From the NCBI GenBank assembly GCA_003427395.1, contig BFEA01000038.1, positions 41,270-105,269 on the forward strand: DNA of 64,000 nt, given 5' to 3'. Positions within the stretch are counted from its first letter, which is position 1, and every line of letters begins with the position of its first letter. The notes beneath the pieces were generated by a model, which worked only from the letters and a program-made list of their open reading frames with translations, was not told the DNA's origin and searched no databases. This DNA comes from Chara braunii (taxonomy: Eukaryota > Plantae > Charophyceae). The translations under genes and the position numbers were made by a program. This document shows, piece after piece, positions 13,695 to 26,775 of this stretch.

Positions 13695-15315
13695 GAAAAT
13701 ACAACATCGCTTCTTCTTTTTCCCCCAGCGACAAGTTGGCGACCCACTCTGTCACCATCTTCTCCAACCTCTGATTCCTTCATGCCACTTGACTCCCTTT
13801 TCTCCTCTCTCCTCCTATGCATCTCCAGGGGAGTACCTTCTTCTTCTTTTTCTTCTTCTTCATTCAGTGAGGCCGCAACTTCCTCTTTCTTCTTCTGCAG
13901 CCTCTTCAACTCCTCCAATTCTTTTTCCTTCTTTGTTTCTTCTTCCAAGAGTGCTAACTTCTTCGCCTTCTCCTCCTCTCTCTTGGCCTTCTGCTCGGCC
14001 AATATCCTCGCGGCCTCCTGCTCCTGCTCCTTCGTATAAGGACTGGTCCCTGTACCACCCCTCGTCTCAACTCTACACATGAATGTGTGCCAGAAGCCTA
14101 GTGGGAACAGGAAACGCCAGAGGGTCCCCGAGAGGGAGAACCTCACAAGCAAGCCGTACATCGGGTAGTCTTCCATGGTGTATGGTGCACAACAGAAGAC
14201 TGTTCCACNCCTCACCACTTAGACTTACCCATTGACTGACAGACTGACTCTCTAAGGACTACAAAATCCTTTTGGGATCCTGTCAACTATGGTCTTTAGC
14301 CTAGAACTACTACTAAGGCTGTCACTACAAGACTTTACTGCTGATTAGGAGGCATTTAAGGAAATCCCCGTAACTCCCCAGGAATTCTTTAAATTTGCAA
14401 ACAGGACGACGTGATCTGCAAGTCCTCTCAAGACTTAGACAACTGGTTGTGCAGCCCACAACTCGTATTTTCGGCCAACCATGCCACACTCAGCAGCCCG
14501 CCGGTCTATACCGGTCCTTGGGAGGGTTAGTCCTCCGGGACGTGTCAGTCGTCAGACATGGACCGCAGCCCTACTCAGCCTGTGTGGGTTTGGTCAACAC
14601 AGCTCTATGACCACATATACAGAGTTCCTATCACCTGGACAGAAGTGACTCAATGCAGAAAGAAGAAACAGACAAACTCATCAAGTACCATAGGGTGAGT
14701 GCACATCCATAGGGCGAGGGGGAAGGTGGAAGGCTTGGCCAGATTATACCAACTCCAGCTTGGTCAAATCTCGGCCAACGGCCTTGGTCAACACCTCGGT
14801 CAACGTCGATCAACGCCTTGGTCAACACCTCGATCAACGCTCTGGTCAACTCCTTGGTCAATGCGGGTCAACACCTCAGTCAACGAAGGTCAACACCTCG
14901 GCCAACGAAGGTCAACACCTCGGCCAACGAAGGTCAACACCTCGGTCAATGCCAGTAAGCGCCTCGATCAACACCAGTCAACACCTCGGTCAATGCCAGT
15001 CAACGCCTCGGTCAACGCTCCGGTCAACTCTTCAATTTCGGCTATGGCTGCCGACCCCTTCTCCTTCACCAATCTTCACCTTCCTCCTTCTGCACCCCGA
15101 CTATGGCTTCCCTCTCCTCCTTCGTCTCCCCCTCCTTCTTCACTCTCTTTCTTCCTCCTCGCTCTTCTTCCTCACTTTTGGTCCCTTTCTTCGTCTTTCT
15201 CTACGTGCCCGAGCTCGGCGGCTATGGCCGCGCCCACTCTCTCTCTCGCTCTCTCTCTCTCTCTTTTCCCCTTCTCTCTTCGTCTTTGTTGTCGTCAGCC
15301 AATCTTGTATCGCTC

Positions 15316-15377
<62 letters not shown>

Positions 15378-15865
15378 CGTTTGGCAAGTGTGTGGCGTCC
15401 TCCTGCAGCGGCACAGCTATGGCGGCTCTTTTTCTTTTGTGGCTCAACACCTCGGTCAATGCCAGTCAGCGCCTCGGTCAACACCAGTCAACGCCTCGGT
15501 CAACGCCAGTCCACGCCTCGGTCAACGCTCCGGTCAACTCTTCAATTTCAGCTATGGCTGCCGACCCCTTCTCCTTCACCAACCTTCACAATCCTCCTTC
15601 TGCACCCCGGCTATGGCTTCCCTCTCCTCCTTCGTCTCCCCTTCCTTCTTCACTCTCTTTCTTCCTCCTCGCTCTTCTTCCTCACTTCTGGTCCCTTTCT
15701 TCGCCTTTCTCTCTGTGCCCGAGCTCGGCGGCTATGGCCGCGCCCTCTCTCTCTCTCTCTCTCTCTCNNNNNNNNNNNNNNNNNNNNNNNNNNNNNNNNN
15801 NNNNNNNNNNNNNNNNNNNNNNNNNNNNNNNNNNNNNNNNNNNNNNNNNNNNNNNNNNNNNNNNN

Positions 15866-15896
<31 letters not shown>

Positions 15897-17130
15897 CCCC
15901 TTCTCTCTTCGTCTTTGTCGTCGTCAGCCAATCTTGTATCGCTCAATACCTCTCTCTCTCTTCATCATCGTTTGGCAAGTGTGTGGTGTCCTCCTACAGC
16001 GGCACAGCTATGGCGGCTCTTTTTCTTCTGTGGCAGACACTGACGTGGCGCTCAGCTGGCGCCTCTCCTCCTCGTGCTATGGCGGAACTGCTGACGTGGC
16101 GCCCAACTGGCACCTCTTCTTTTCTTCTTGTCGATGACGACGATGGCTATGCGGAACAGCGGGAAACAGCTCCGATACCAATTGCAACCAGACTCGTCTT
16201 CTCCTTCACTTGGCATGCATGCAAACAGATGGCAATCACGCTGGCGCCTGGCGTCCACACAAAGCTCAGAGATATCGAGGCCAAGAACACAGTTCAGATC
16301 CAAACTTGCTTCGAATGGCTATGGCGCCTGTGCGCCCTCACAACACCCTTCCTACATTGTATTCCCAGCAACTTCACACGCACGCTACTCTGGATCTCCC
16401 TGGATGTCCCACACACGCACACACTTCACAAAACACTCTCACACACACACCCTATAGCCTATCTCCAACCTACAGCAGCTATGGCTGCCTTCTACCTTCC
16501 CTACTAACTAGCGGCTATGGCCGCTTCGTCTCCTTCACAGCCCACTTCTCCTTCGGGCACCTGCAGGCCTCCTTGCACAAGCCGCTCAGGCAGCGCTTCC
16601 GCACAGCTCACAGGCAGAATGAATGAATGACTGGACGCTGCCTCTTGATTCATACTTCGGTTGGTCGCTGGTCTGGCCCTTTCCACCGGGCCCAGGGTGC
16701 ACACAGTCCCATATGGTACTTGCTGACTGGACAAAGTGCGACTGGGACTGGGTACAGCTGACTAGGCGAGGTTGGACTGCCCACTTACCCACATGCCTCT
16801 AGCCTAACCTAAGCGATTCTCGAAAGGTCACTTCGGGAGCTTCCGGAAGTCTGTAGACTTGACCTTTGAGGACTGTAGCAGCTACGACCTTGACCTTTGA
16901 GGACTGTAGCAGCTACGACTTCTACACAGCTACGACCCCTACTTGACAGACCTACGGTTCAAGACCCAACGACTACACTAACCTGTGACAGACAACATAC
17001 AACTACCAAAACACAGGTCACGGGTTCAAACACACATGGGTTGACTTGGTACTGTACACAGGTGAGGGCAAGGTCTAGGGATCGAGCCCTGGGATCTGCA
17101 TCTGCTACTGCAAAGGTGAAAACCGTTTCA
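13695..17130 (-). mobile_element. Truncated Ty3/gypsy element (5' LTR 16183-17130, PBS, leader, start of gag), related to the element at 41376
   Basis: PBS GCTCCGATACCA at 16169-16180. The LTR begins TGAAACGGTTTTCACC on the minus strand, like the 49599 LTR. Gag start TRGGTGTSPYTKEQE resembles TRTGTSTTPYSKAQE at ~44060. Confidence 0.85.
14760..16030. repeat. CCTCGGTCAAC-type minisatellite and a ~500-bp tandem duplication in the gypsy leader
   Basis: Many GGTCAAC units at 14760-15030; 14936-15440 is repeated from 15446. Confidence 0.85.
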
Positions 17131-17603
17131 GAATTTTCCATATTGTCCTTCATATACTTCATATTGTTGGTGCACTCCACACTTTTGGGCGCACCGGACA
17201 GCTCATCACACCAATGTGCAACATGTATACCCAAGAACAACTGCACATAAGGGCCACGATAAGGCACCCATTCCTTACTCAGATGTCGCTACCTTCCTCC
17301 CTACACCCTTTTTATATGTCCTCCTCCGACCTCTCCTCACTATATTCGCAATCGTGTGCGGAATCGGGGATGTGTGGCGCACGGCCGCACCGGACCCACG
17401 CGGCGCACAGACAGGTACCCCTCCCCCCCCCTTCCCCGAAAAAACAAAGCACCAGGGGTCGAATGGATGTAACCCCGGCAGCCATTTATAATATGTCTGG
17501 GCCGAAAAGGAAATTTGGCGGGCTACGCTCGATCACAACCTGCAACAACTCCCGATGAGGCAAAAAAAGGAGTACTGGGGTGGGGCTGGGCCACTAGGGG
17601 ATT

Positions 17604-17722
17604 GGTCTCACTCCACTACTCACCAAATGTGCAAAACGTGAATGAATCTCCCACTAGAACATGGGAGATACACCGCCACATTTTTTGTCTTTTGTGCATG
17701 TGGTGCGTAGTGGAGTGAGGCC
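17604..17722. repeat. Foldback / MITE-like element with ~33-bp imperfect terminal inverted repeats
   Basis: GGTCTCACTCCACTACTCACCAAATGTGCAAAA matches the reverse complement of the right end (GGCCTCACTCCACTACGCACCACATGCACAAAA). Inner ATCTCCCA..TGGGAGAT stem. Confidence 0.7.
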
Positions 17723-17869
17723 CTATGTCTTGCTTTGCAGCGGCTCACGCTTGACATCCTTCACGCTGCCCATTTCGTCTGCGTGACACCTCGAGCGCCT
17801 GGAGCCACAGTGTGTGAGGAGCCCCACTGCCAGTGCCTGTGAGTTTCACCAGCCTGCCAACCCTCTCCG

Positions 17870-18150
17870 CCCGCTCTCCTCCTCCATCTTTCCTTCTCCT
17901 CCTCCTCATCATCACCATCACTCCTCCTTCTCCTCCTCCTCATCTCTCCTCCTCCTCGTCATCCTCATCTTCCTGTCACTGCGGCGTCCATGTCTCCACC
18001 TACCCTCGTCTCCTCCATGCCTCCTCCATCTCTTCTCCCCCTCCTCGTCTCTCCTCTCCATCCTTGCTCCTCTTACTCAACTCTCCTCCTCCTTTCTCCT
18101 CCATCTTTCCTCTCTCCTCCTCCTCCTCCTCCTCTCCTCCATCTTATCTC
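17870..18150. repeat. (TCC/CT)-rich low-complexity tract
   Basis: Direct reading. Confidence 0.85.
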
Positions 18151-21150
18151 CTCTTTACAAAATCCGTGACATGGTGATGATGACATGACAAGCACTGATT
18201 TGCTGGCTCCTGTTCTTGCTGTGTGAAGGTCCCAACGTGGAGCCGCCAGAACTCAGTTTTGTCAACATTTGTGTTTTCTGGACATGCATGGTCTTTGAGT
18301 GCCCGAGCTGTACTTCTCACAGATCAAGTTCATCACGAGATGGATGTGCCAACACCCCACCCAGAACTCAGGGGAAAAAAACGAGAACCTGCTCCGCATG
18401 GCTCCGCACGGTGCGGAGAACCAACTGCAGCAGCCGTGCACCATGCGGCACCGCATGGAGAGGTTCCGCACATCGTGCAGCGCACCGCACTGCACGGCTG
18501 TGCGGCTCATGCGATTGCAGTATGTTCCCTACACTTGCTCTAAGCCGTCTGATACCCTTTCTAAAATCCCTCCTACAAGGCCAGTTTCTGGCACCACATC
18601 ATCACTCTTCACCCTGCCTTCTGTAGCGCAACAGTAGCTGTGTGACGATAACAGCTGCCAACAAATCAGGAACAAATAAGCAAAAGGTTTGACCTTTGGA
18701 CATTGGACATTAAGAAAGTAAAAAAATCTAGAAAAGATAGGGAAAATAATGACGAGAGAGAGAGATGAGATAGCATGGACTATATCAACATAGTGGATCT
18801 GAGCCCAAGCATAAGACATTTCCCGGACAGGACAGATAGAGATACATTCTACGAAACTAATTCAAATCATGATGCAAACTCAAGATCAAGGCAATTTTAT
18901 GAACTGCAACATAGAGCTGAAGAATAAGAGAGAAGGGAATGATGAAAGAACAAGAACAAGGATACTATTTGACAACATGTTCTGAGCCATTCAAGGAGGA
19001 GGCTTATCCTTTGTTACTAGAATTCCCAGGTACCTGTTTTTTCGAGGTGATCTACTTTTCTAGATCAGATGCTCTTCCGCTGTCGGTGTGAATACCCTTA
19101 CAAGGGTATCCGCCCTGTTTTTTTTTGCAAGTAACAGAGAACAAGTTTGATTTAAAGATTAGGTATACTGTGCAAGGCGGCGCTGCTGCGCCTGTGGTTT
19201 ACATTGTCTGGATAGTTGACTAGTGCAGAGAGTGTGTGTGCGCACAAGTTTGAGGCGCGTGTGATCCTTTTTATTGTTGATGGTTGGAGAGCCAGCGTGA
19301 TCGCCGATCAGATTTTGTTTATTTTCTGATTATTAAACTAGGATTAAAAGATTCTGTCTCGTTGATTGATGCGCTTACCGGTCACTTGTGCGTAAGTACG
19401 GAGGACAGCGTCGACAACGATGTGGTTCTGAAAACATTTCGGTAGATCCGCGCGCCGCACAGTGCGTACATATATGGGCTTCGCTTATAAGAGGCTCAGC
19501 CTTGGGCCTAGTACCGTTGATTTTCGGTTGAGAGATTCAGGGATCGAAGCCAGCGGGCTGCGACGCGGGAATGTCAGAATGGCGCGAGGGGACCGAGGGG
19601 TTGAGGGATCGGCGGAGCTATCCCCCTTGGTTTTGCCGTCGGCGACGTCAGAACGGTGCTAGTGTTTCCTTCTTCCTAGTTCGACATGTTCTGACGATTA
19701 AGAGTTTCTAAATGTGTTTATTATTTATTATCTTATTATTATTATTTACCTTTGCTCCAGCATCCCGTTGACTTGGACGCGACGCTGGATTTAGCGGCCG
19801 TCACGAGAGTCGAGGGCCTTGAGTACGCGCCTCTTTTGACGAGCCCGTTTGGATTTCTTGTGTGTTTGGGATGTTGGCGAAATTCCCCGATCTTGCCCAT
19901 TTGAATTCCTGTCCGTTCAAGGTGCCGATGAAAAATTCCTCCATTCGGCCTGTCTTGGAATGCGAAACCGAGGAGTCCAACGAGCATGCGAGCTGGTGGG
20001 TGATTTGGCCTATGAAGACAACAGAAACCTCAGTGGTGGGGATCCACTGCGGGTGCGCAGCCCACCAGCCGCGAGTCTGCCGAGAGGGAAAAGAGAGTGA
20101 GCATGCCCGTTGGGACCAGGAGAGCAGCGAGCTGACTCTAGGCGGGGCAGCCCAGGGCACAGCAGCAGGGGCCGCAGGCAGGACACCACGGCCAGCCGCG
20201 TGGGTCCCCTTCTTCACTTCGACTTTCGGAAGTCCTCAATTGAGTATTCTGCTGCTACCGCCGAGGGTCGTACCGGGCCCAGTTCACCAAGGTCCACGCA
20301 TAGCCCCTGTAGCAGGGCAGCACCCCGACTCCTCGACGCTATCTGCACGGGGGGTTACTACGATGGCGACCCACATCAGGCCAGCGCCCTCCTGCCCGCG
20401 GTAACGACGAGCTGGCCGAACAGTCGAGCGTAGATCAGGCGCCTCAGCGCCCAGAGTTGTCGAGCGGATTGTTTCAGCAGGTAAGTGGTTACACATGTAG
20501 CAGGTATCGACTTCCTTGACCGTTGAGCTCTGGCCTGTATCGATATGCGCCGTTATAACGCACTGGAGAGCGCAAAGGAGGGAGCGGACCGGGGAGAGGG
20601 CTTCAACTTTAGAAAGATAGTACGGAAGGGGATGAATGAACCTGACTGGGGTTCAGCGCCAGGTACAGCCACAGTAGAGATGGCTGAAGACTAGCTGAGC
20701 GCCGCCACGGATGGGTTGTTTGCCCGATTCTTTGCGGATTTAGGAAGGGAAAGAAAGGGTATAAGGGTTCTAAGGGATAGTGAAAACGAATCTATGGTTA
20801 GTTCGAGGAGAGAGTGAGTAGAAATTAAGGTGAAAGAAAAATGACGTGCGGGGAATAGGAGCGATGGCAGAGATGGGAGAGAATGGGTATCGCGAAACTT
20901 AGCCGTTTCTCAATGAAATCGGCCAAGGAAAGTAGTGTCGTGGGGTTTTTAGAAACGGGCGAGTGTGATGGTAGTGTTAGATTTAGTGCTAGGTTAGTAG
21001 AATCAGAGTTTGATAAAAAGGTTAGTGCGCAGATATGGTGGAAGGCATGAGCATGGCGAAGGGGAGAAAGACGGATCACACCCGTTCCGCGATGGAAACG
21101 GGCGGATGAAGATTCGTTTCTGAAGTCCCGGACTGGGGCGAAACCGTTAG

Positions 21151-22208
21151 TCAAGGCAGAAAGGACGAAGAGTAAGTAGAAGAGAAGTTGGTAGAAAAAG
21201 GTTGTGCGGGGGAGCTACGTAGAGGTGATATGGCGCCACAGAAAGACAGCTGGATCACCCGTTTCTCAATGAAAACGGGCGAACTCGGATTCGATTCCCG
21301 GGTTCTAGGACATCGAGAACCGATCTGCGGGGTCGGATCGATGAAGCAAGGGGTGGAGAATGCAGTATGAGCAGCACGGGCCGCGCCCGAAGGTGAAGAT
21401 GGCAAGCGTCGATGTATCTGGCCGGATTCTAGCGTCAGATTCATTCGATTTTGCTCACTCTATCGATGGTAGTAGCAAGTGGACAGCCGCGGGGGTTACT
21501 GACTTACCTGTTGATCTGTGGGTGGATCGCGGAAGCGTCGGGGTAAGAAGGTTGTAAAACGGAGATGTATACCTCCGCGTTCTAGCGGAAGATCCATTCG
21601 GTTTTGCCGGCCTATTGGTGGAAGTAGCATGAAGCCAGCCGCACGGTCGGGAGCGTACATGTTCAGCCGAGGATTTCGAGCAGCGACACACGGATGACAA
21701 CAGTGTTTATTTTCGTGATCTAGCGAAAGAATCATTCAGTTGCTCATCCCAAAGAGAGATAGATATGGGGAGTGGAGAGCAAGGTCGAGTGGGAGATGGG
21801 GTAAGGCGAAAAGAGAGAAGGATTAAGGTGGTGATGCGAGAGACATACCTGGGAAGTCAAACTGGTGGTGCGAAATGGACTGAGAGTGGAGCCGGAGACT
21901 GTGCTGCCTGTGCAGCCGGTGCGCCCGACCGAACTTTGGCTGAAGATTCATTCCGATCTTACCTATCCCATTAACGGAGTAGCAAGAGGCTAACGACAGA
22001 TTGGGGACTTACCTGTCGACTGGTGGGCTTATCGCGAAGCACCGAGCTTGGAAGGTGGTGTATATCTCCATGGTCTGGCGGTCGATTCATTCGATTTTGC
22101 TTGGTCGGTTGATGGGAGTAGTGTGGGAACAACCTCGAAGGTGGTGACTTACCTGTAGACCGATGCGCGGCATATCCTGACGACGGGACCAGCCCTGCTC
22201 TATTCCAC
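21151..22208 (-). other. Putative spliced minus-strand transcript segment with five similar short introns
   Basis: GT..AG introns at 22075-22152, 21940-22012, 21720-21848, 21582-21658 and 21429-21507. They share a 3' motif resembling AAATCGAATGAATC..(CG)YAG. Product unknown. Confidence 0.55.
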
Positions 22209-23824
22209 TACGTGCATGACTGAAAAACGGCGCATCTTTCCTCGTTTTAGTGGAAGTTTCACTCCTCATTTTGCACATTGGCAAACTTGGCCATATACAT
22301 GAGGGAGGCGAGGTACGTACCTCGCAAACTTTCAGTAGGAGATTCGTTCTCCTTCTGCGCATGAGACGGGCAGTGGGGCGGGATTGCTTTTCACCTTCGA
22401 GTATGCCACAACTTGTTGTTGTCTCCTCCATGCCACGACCAGCTCCATCAGACCGTCAATACAATCTTGGCTCTGGATGCCGCTCTTTGCAGTACTCGTC
22501 GATGCAATCATGTTCAGTCTGACCGAGGCAGTACGCCATGCCTGGTGTTGTGCTACCGGTCAAGCCCAATCGTAAGGGTGGCTAGGTACGGATTCAGAGA
22601 GAGGAGAAAGGGGAAGGAATTGAGGTACACACCAGTCCTGGTAAAAGTCCGCATGAAGAGGGTCTGCAACTGCCCTGTGACTACTGTTGTTGCATACTCG
22701 GATGGTGTACATGTGATGTGAGGCGGACTATTGTTGAAGATCGAGGAACTTCAAGTCCATGTTGTTGATTGTCCATTCAATACTGTTGTTGAAGGTTTTA
22801 AATAAGCACACCACAGAACTTCTCAACATAGTCTGACTGCGTATCCGTTGTGCACTTACTACATATGAGTTGGGCATTTGTTGTTTGGCCGCTGGCATGC
22901 GCTTTGCTTACTCGGTGAGTCGGTATGTTGTGCACTACGTTGCTGAGCCTTGTAGTGCGGTACGTTGGCGTGGTACCTTGTTGATTAGTGCACTACCACG
23001 ACACCTTGAAGTAACACGCGATTGCTGTATGCATGGCTCTTACATGAGTTATGTCGTGTACAACCTACATTTTTGATGGATCACGAAAGGGGTGTTCTTC
23101 TGAACGTCGTTGGGCTAGGCTGCGAAGCGGCAGTTCGGGTTGAGTCGTGGTTGCGTTGGTCAAGGGGAATGACGTTGCGGACCAGGGAATTGATCAGACG
23201 CTTCAGGGCGAGGCTAATGCTGCAATGTGGAGAGCCATCGGGGGGGTCAACATTTGGCATTTTGACTTCAGTTTGGCGGTGTTATTGCGGGTTTGGCCAT
23301 CACTGTGAGGCCCTTCGGCGAATCAAGGCAGCAAGGCCCTCTCCTGGGAGTTGAGTTGTCCCCCTCCTATATCTCGAGAGTCAGACCCCTCCTTCTGCCT
23401 TTCTTACTCTAAGTCTAATCTTGTTCAGAGAGGAAGGCGGTAGGCGAGATTGCAACCCCTAGGACTGCAGCAAGACTCTGTGGGGAGTCAACCCACCAAT
23501 TGCGGGAGCTCTGCCGAAACTCGGGAGGAGTTGTGGAGGCAGGGAATTGAAAGGTAACCATCGTTTTCCCTCTATAAACCCAGTTATAACCCTTACCTAT
23601 ATTTCTTGCTATGGTTGACTGAGTATATTGCCTGCATCCCTACTTTGACTTTCAGTTTGACTTCCAGGACTCAATCCAGACTTAATAAAAGAAGGTATGC
23701 GCAATGTCAGTTTCAGTTTTGTTGTCTGACTGAAAGCAAATTGTGGGATTGCATCTGGGGGAAGGATGAGAGGAAGACAATATTGCTTGTGTCTGACTGG
23801 GTCCATCAAAGGTTGGGCAAGTCT

Positions 23825-24535
23825 CCATAAGTTTGGGGAGGCCCAGTGCTATGTTTATTTATGAGTTGCCTAGAGGGCCAGACGTGTTCCATAAGTTTGG
23901 GTTGTTTGGTTGCTTTGACTTGCGAGGGTTGTGTGTGGCTGACTTTTAGGAACCAAGCATTGTCCCATAAGTTTGGGTGGCTTGGTTGCCTTGTTTATTT
24001 TGGGTTTTCTCAGTTTCTTTTGGTTTTGAACGAGGAGGTCTGAGCATGTTCCATAAGTTTGGGTGGCTCAACCTCTTCCTGCTTTACCATTGAGAAAAAA
24101 ATGAATCAGGCAGGGGACCAGACATGTTCCATAAGTTTGGGTGCTCTTGGTCCAATGCCACGCACATGCTGAAACCAAAAGGGTATAACTTGGCTATATT
24201 TTACTATTATTTTATCTATGAACAGGCTAGTCAGTCATTATTTCATAAGTTTGGGTGGTCTGACTATAGCTTATCACAAATTGACGAAAGTATAAACTAA
24301 GAATAACTTGCGGTACGAAGGGGCAGACCGAATCTCGAGCTAAAGATGATCGGTCCAGTCATATGCTACTGTAAAAGACTAAGTGCAGATAATTATATAT
24401 AATTGGGCTATCTTAAACAGTCTAGGGCGACTAGGGTGGCCTAGTCACGTGCCCAAAGAAGAGAAAAATTGTTGTGCCCTGTGTTTGTGTATATTCAATG
24501 GCTGAGCTATACATGTTCCATAAGTTTGGGTGGTC
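23825..24535. repeat. Array of 7 copies of the motif (CATGTT)CCATAAGTTTGGG(TGG) with dissimilar spacers
   Basis: Core starts at 23825, 23889, 23965, 24051, 24129, 24243 and 24518. Confidence 0.85.
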
Positions 24536-24834
24536 TAGCTTTATGCCTTATGTAAGCTAGGTATAAAGGGATAAATCATTGAAAGACTATGAACTATTGT
24601 TTGATAAGGTTGACTTGGGGATGGTGAGAGTACTTACCCCTGTGGTTTGGCCTGCATGTGGCTGAGTGAGATTATTTACTTGGTCTGAGTTTCAGTTTGA
24701 CAGGTAGTTGCTTTAGATGTTCGCCACGTGCTAGAGCCATAGGAGTTAGTTTCAATTCATGCATTTTCTGAGCTAAGTTTATCTTACTTAGGTCAATTTC
24801 TGCATTTTATGGGTTCATTTATTATACTTGGTCT

Positions 24835-25405
24835 TGTATAAATCTTAATAAGTCACTTTCTCTACGGGAAGCGCTGCCAAAATTTTTACAAAACCAAGGA
24901 GTTAGTCATATTTTGTCTTTTCAGAGTTCAACTTGTCTGACTTTTTATATGGCTTAGTAAAAATATAGAATGTCTCATTCTCTAAAGGAGATGCTGCCAA
25001 AATTTTTGCTAATTCAAGGAGTTGGACAAAATTAGACCTCGAGAAGTCAAAGTCACTTTAGATTATGAACTTAGCTTTGTATAAATCTTGGATTAACACT
25101 TTTCTGAAAGAAATGTTGCCGAAATTTGTACAAATCTAAGGAGTTAAATTAAATTATGTCTTAGTTGAACTCAAGTTTTGCTCTGGGTTCATATCTGACT
25201 TAGTAAAAATTTGGAAGGTCTTCTTTCCTAAGAGGAGTGCTACCCAAATTTTTACTAATTCAGGGAGTTAGACAAAATTTGACTTTCCAGAATTAGAGAT
25301 TGTTTTTGTTTTCATATTCGAGTTAGTATAAATTCTGAAAAAGCACTTTTCCTACGGGAAGCGCTGCCAAAATTTTCCTAGTTTAAAGGAGATAGGTTAT
25401 ATTTT
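24835..25405. repeat. Diverged tandem repeat, ~122-bp period, 5 copies
   Basis: GCTGCCAAAATTT...AAGGAGTT recurs near 24873, 24993, 25115, 25239 and 25363. Confidence 0.8.
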
Positions 25406-26775
25406 GACAGGTGATGATTCTGGGGATTCACTGTATATAGACGATATCCGGTCAGGATCTACCTTTCCTTTAGGTATCTGCTTAGGGATAGACTTAGACT
25501 TAGTTAACTAAGAACGATGTTTGAGTAATATCGTGATATGGAGGTTATTCTCCATGGACTTACAAGTTTAGCTTGGGGATTGACCTGTCTTGTATTACAG
25601 GACCTCTTGATCGTTTGATTCACGATTTAGGCTAGATTCATCTTGATCCTACAAGGATCATCTTCTGTTATCACTGATAACAGGTCGGTCGCCGATTCGT
25701 CGGTTTACGACTCAACTCCAATCCATCCTCAATACTCAACCTAAACGACTTTATTAAGGTTTTCACCCGGACTTTTATTGAATGGCCATCTAACAAAGGT
25801 ACTAAGTATTTAATTATGGAAGAAAGACGAGGGTTGGGGCTTGCATGGCTAAAAGTGAGGGGTATGAGTATAGAGAATGGTTAATGTTGACCCCGTGCAA
25901 TGTGTGGATTTTTTTTGGTTGACTTTTTGATGTGATTGCAGGTACGTTTTGTGGTTCGGACCTCGGATTTGACTGCCTGCTATCACATACATATATATGG
26001 TTGAGAGGAGTCCCACTGGACTGTGACTAGTGATCGTCACATATCTATCCCCCTTTACATATATATATGTACATACCTATGTTTGGGTATTTCACGTGGC
26101 CTAAGGAGCCCACGCTTAAGGGTTTAATTGGGGTCGAGGTTGAGAAACGAAGGGAAATTCCCTCCCTTTCCTGTAGTTTACTTCTTAAATATTTCTTAGT
26201 TAAGCGTTGGTCCTAAGCCTGGATTCGAGGTCCTTGTCCAGGACATCCCAGGTCCTAGGCTCTGCATGGAAGGGATCACCCCCCGCGCATAGTCTATTTG
26301 CCCTGCCCACCGGGACACTTAGCCTAGAGGCTGAAGGTGTCGCAGAGGCCGCACGACTGTTCCTTCAACCATGCAATATCGTAAAGGGGTAGATTTTCAA
26401 GTTTGACACTTGAGTGTCATAAGCGGTACTCGAACCCACGAGGGACCGCTTGATTATGGGTACTACATAGTACGCCATCATTGCGACTGCTGCGTATTCA
26501 TACACTGCGAGTCGATATGAGAAGACCCTACGTCCGCGCGGTTTTATACTAAGCCTCGCGCGCGATGCCGATCCAATTTCCGCATCGAAGAGTTATGGGA
26601 TGGCGACTGAAGGGACTAGGAGTGTTGTTGTGTTGTATGGCTGGAGCACTTGGTCGGAGCGGCTTGCGGAAGCTCCATGTGTATTCGCGGCGAGGATCAA
26701 ACCTACTCCTGCGCGACACGGCAAGGAGGGTCCCGCCCCGTTTTGTGCGGTGCTGGACCGATGCGCTCGACACCG

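Noticed and set aside
14699-16507. 602-, 427- and 344-aa plus-strand ORFs
   Set aside because: They arise from minisatellite, (CT)n and N-gap sequence antisense to a gypsy leader
23825-24535. CRISPR array
   Set aside because: Irregular spacing (64-275 nt), short non-palindromic repeat, no cas genes, eukaryotic transposon context
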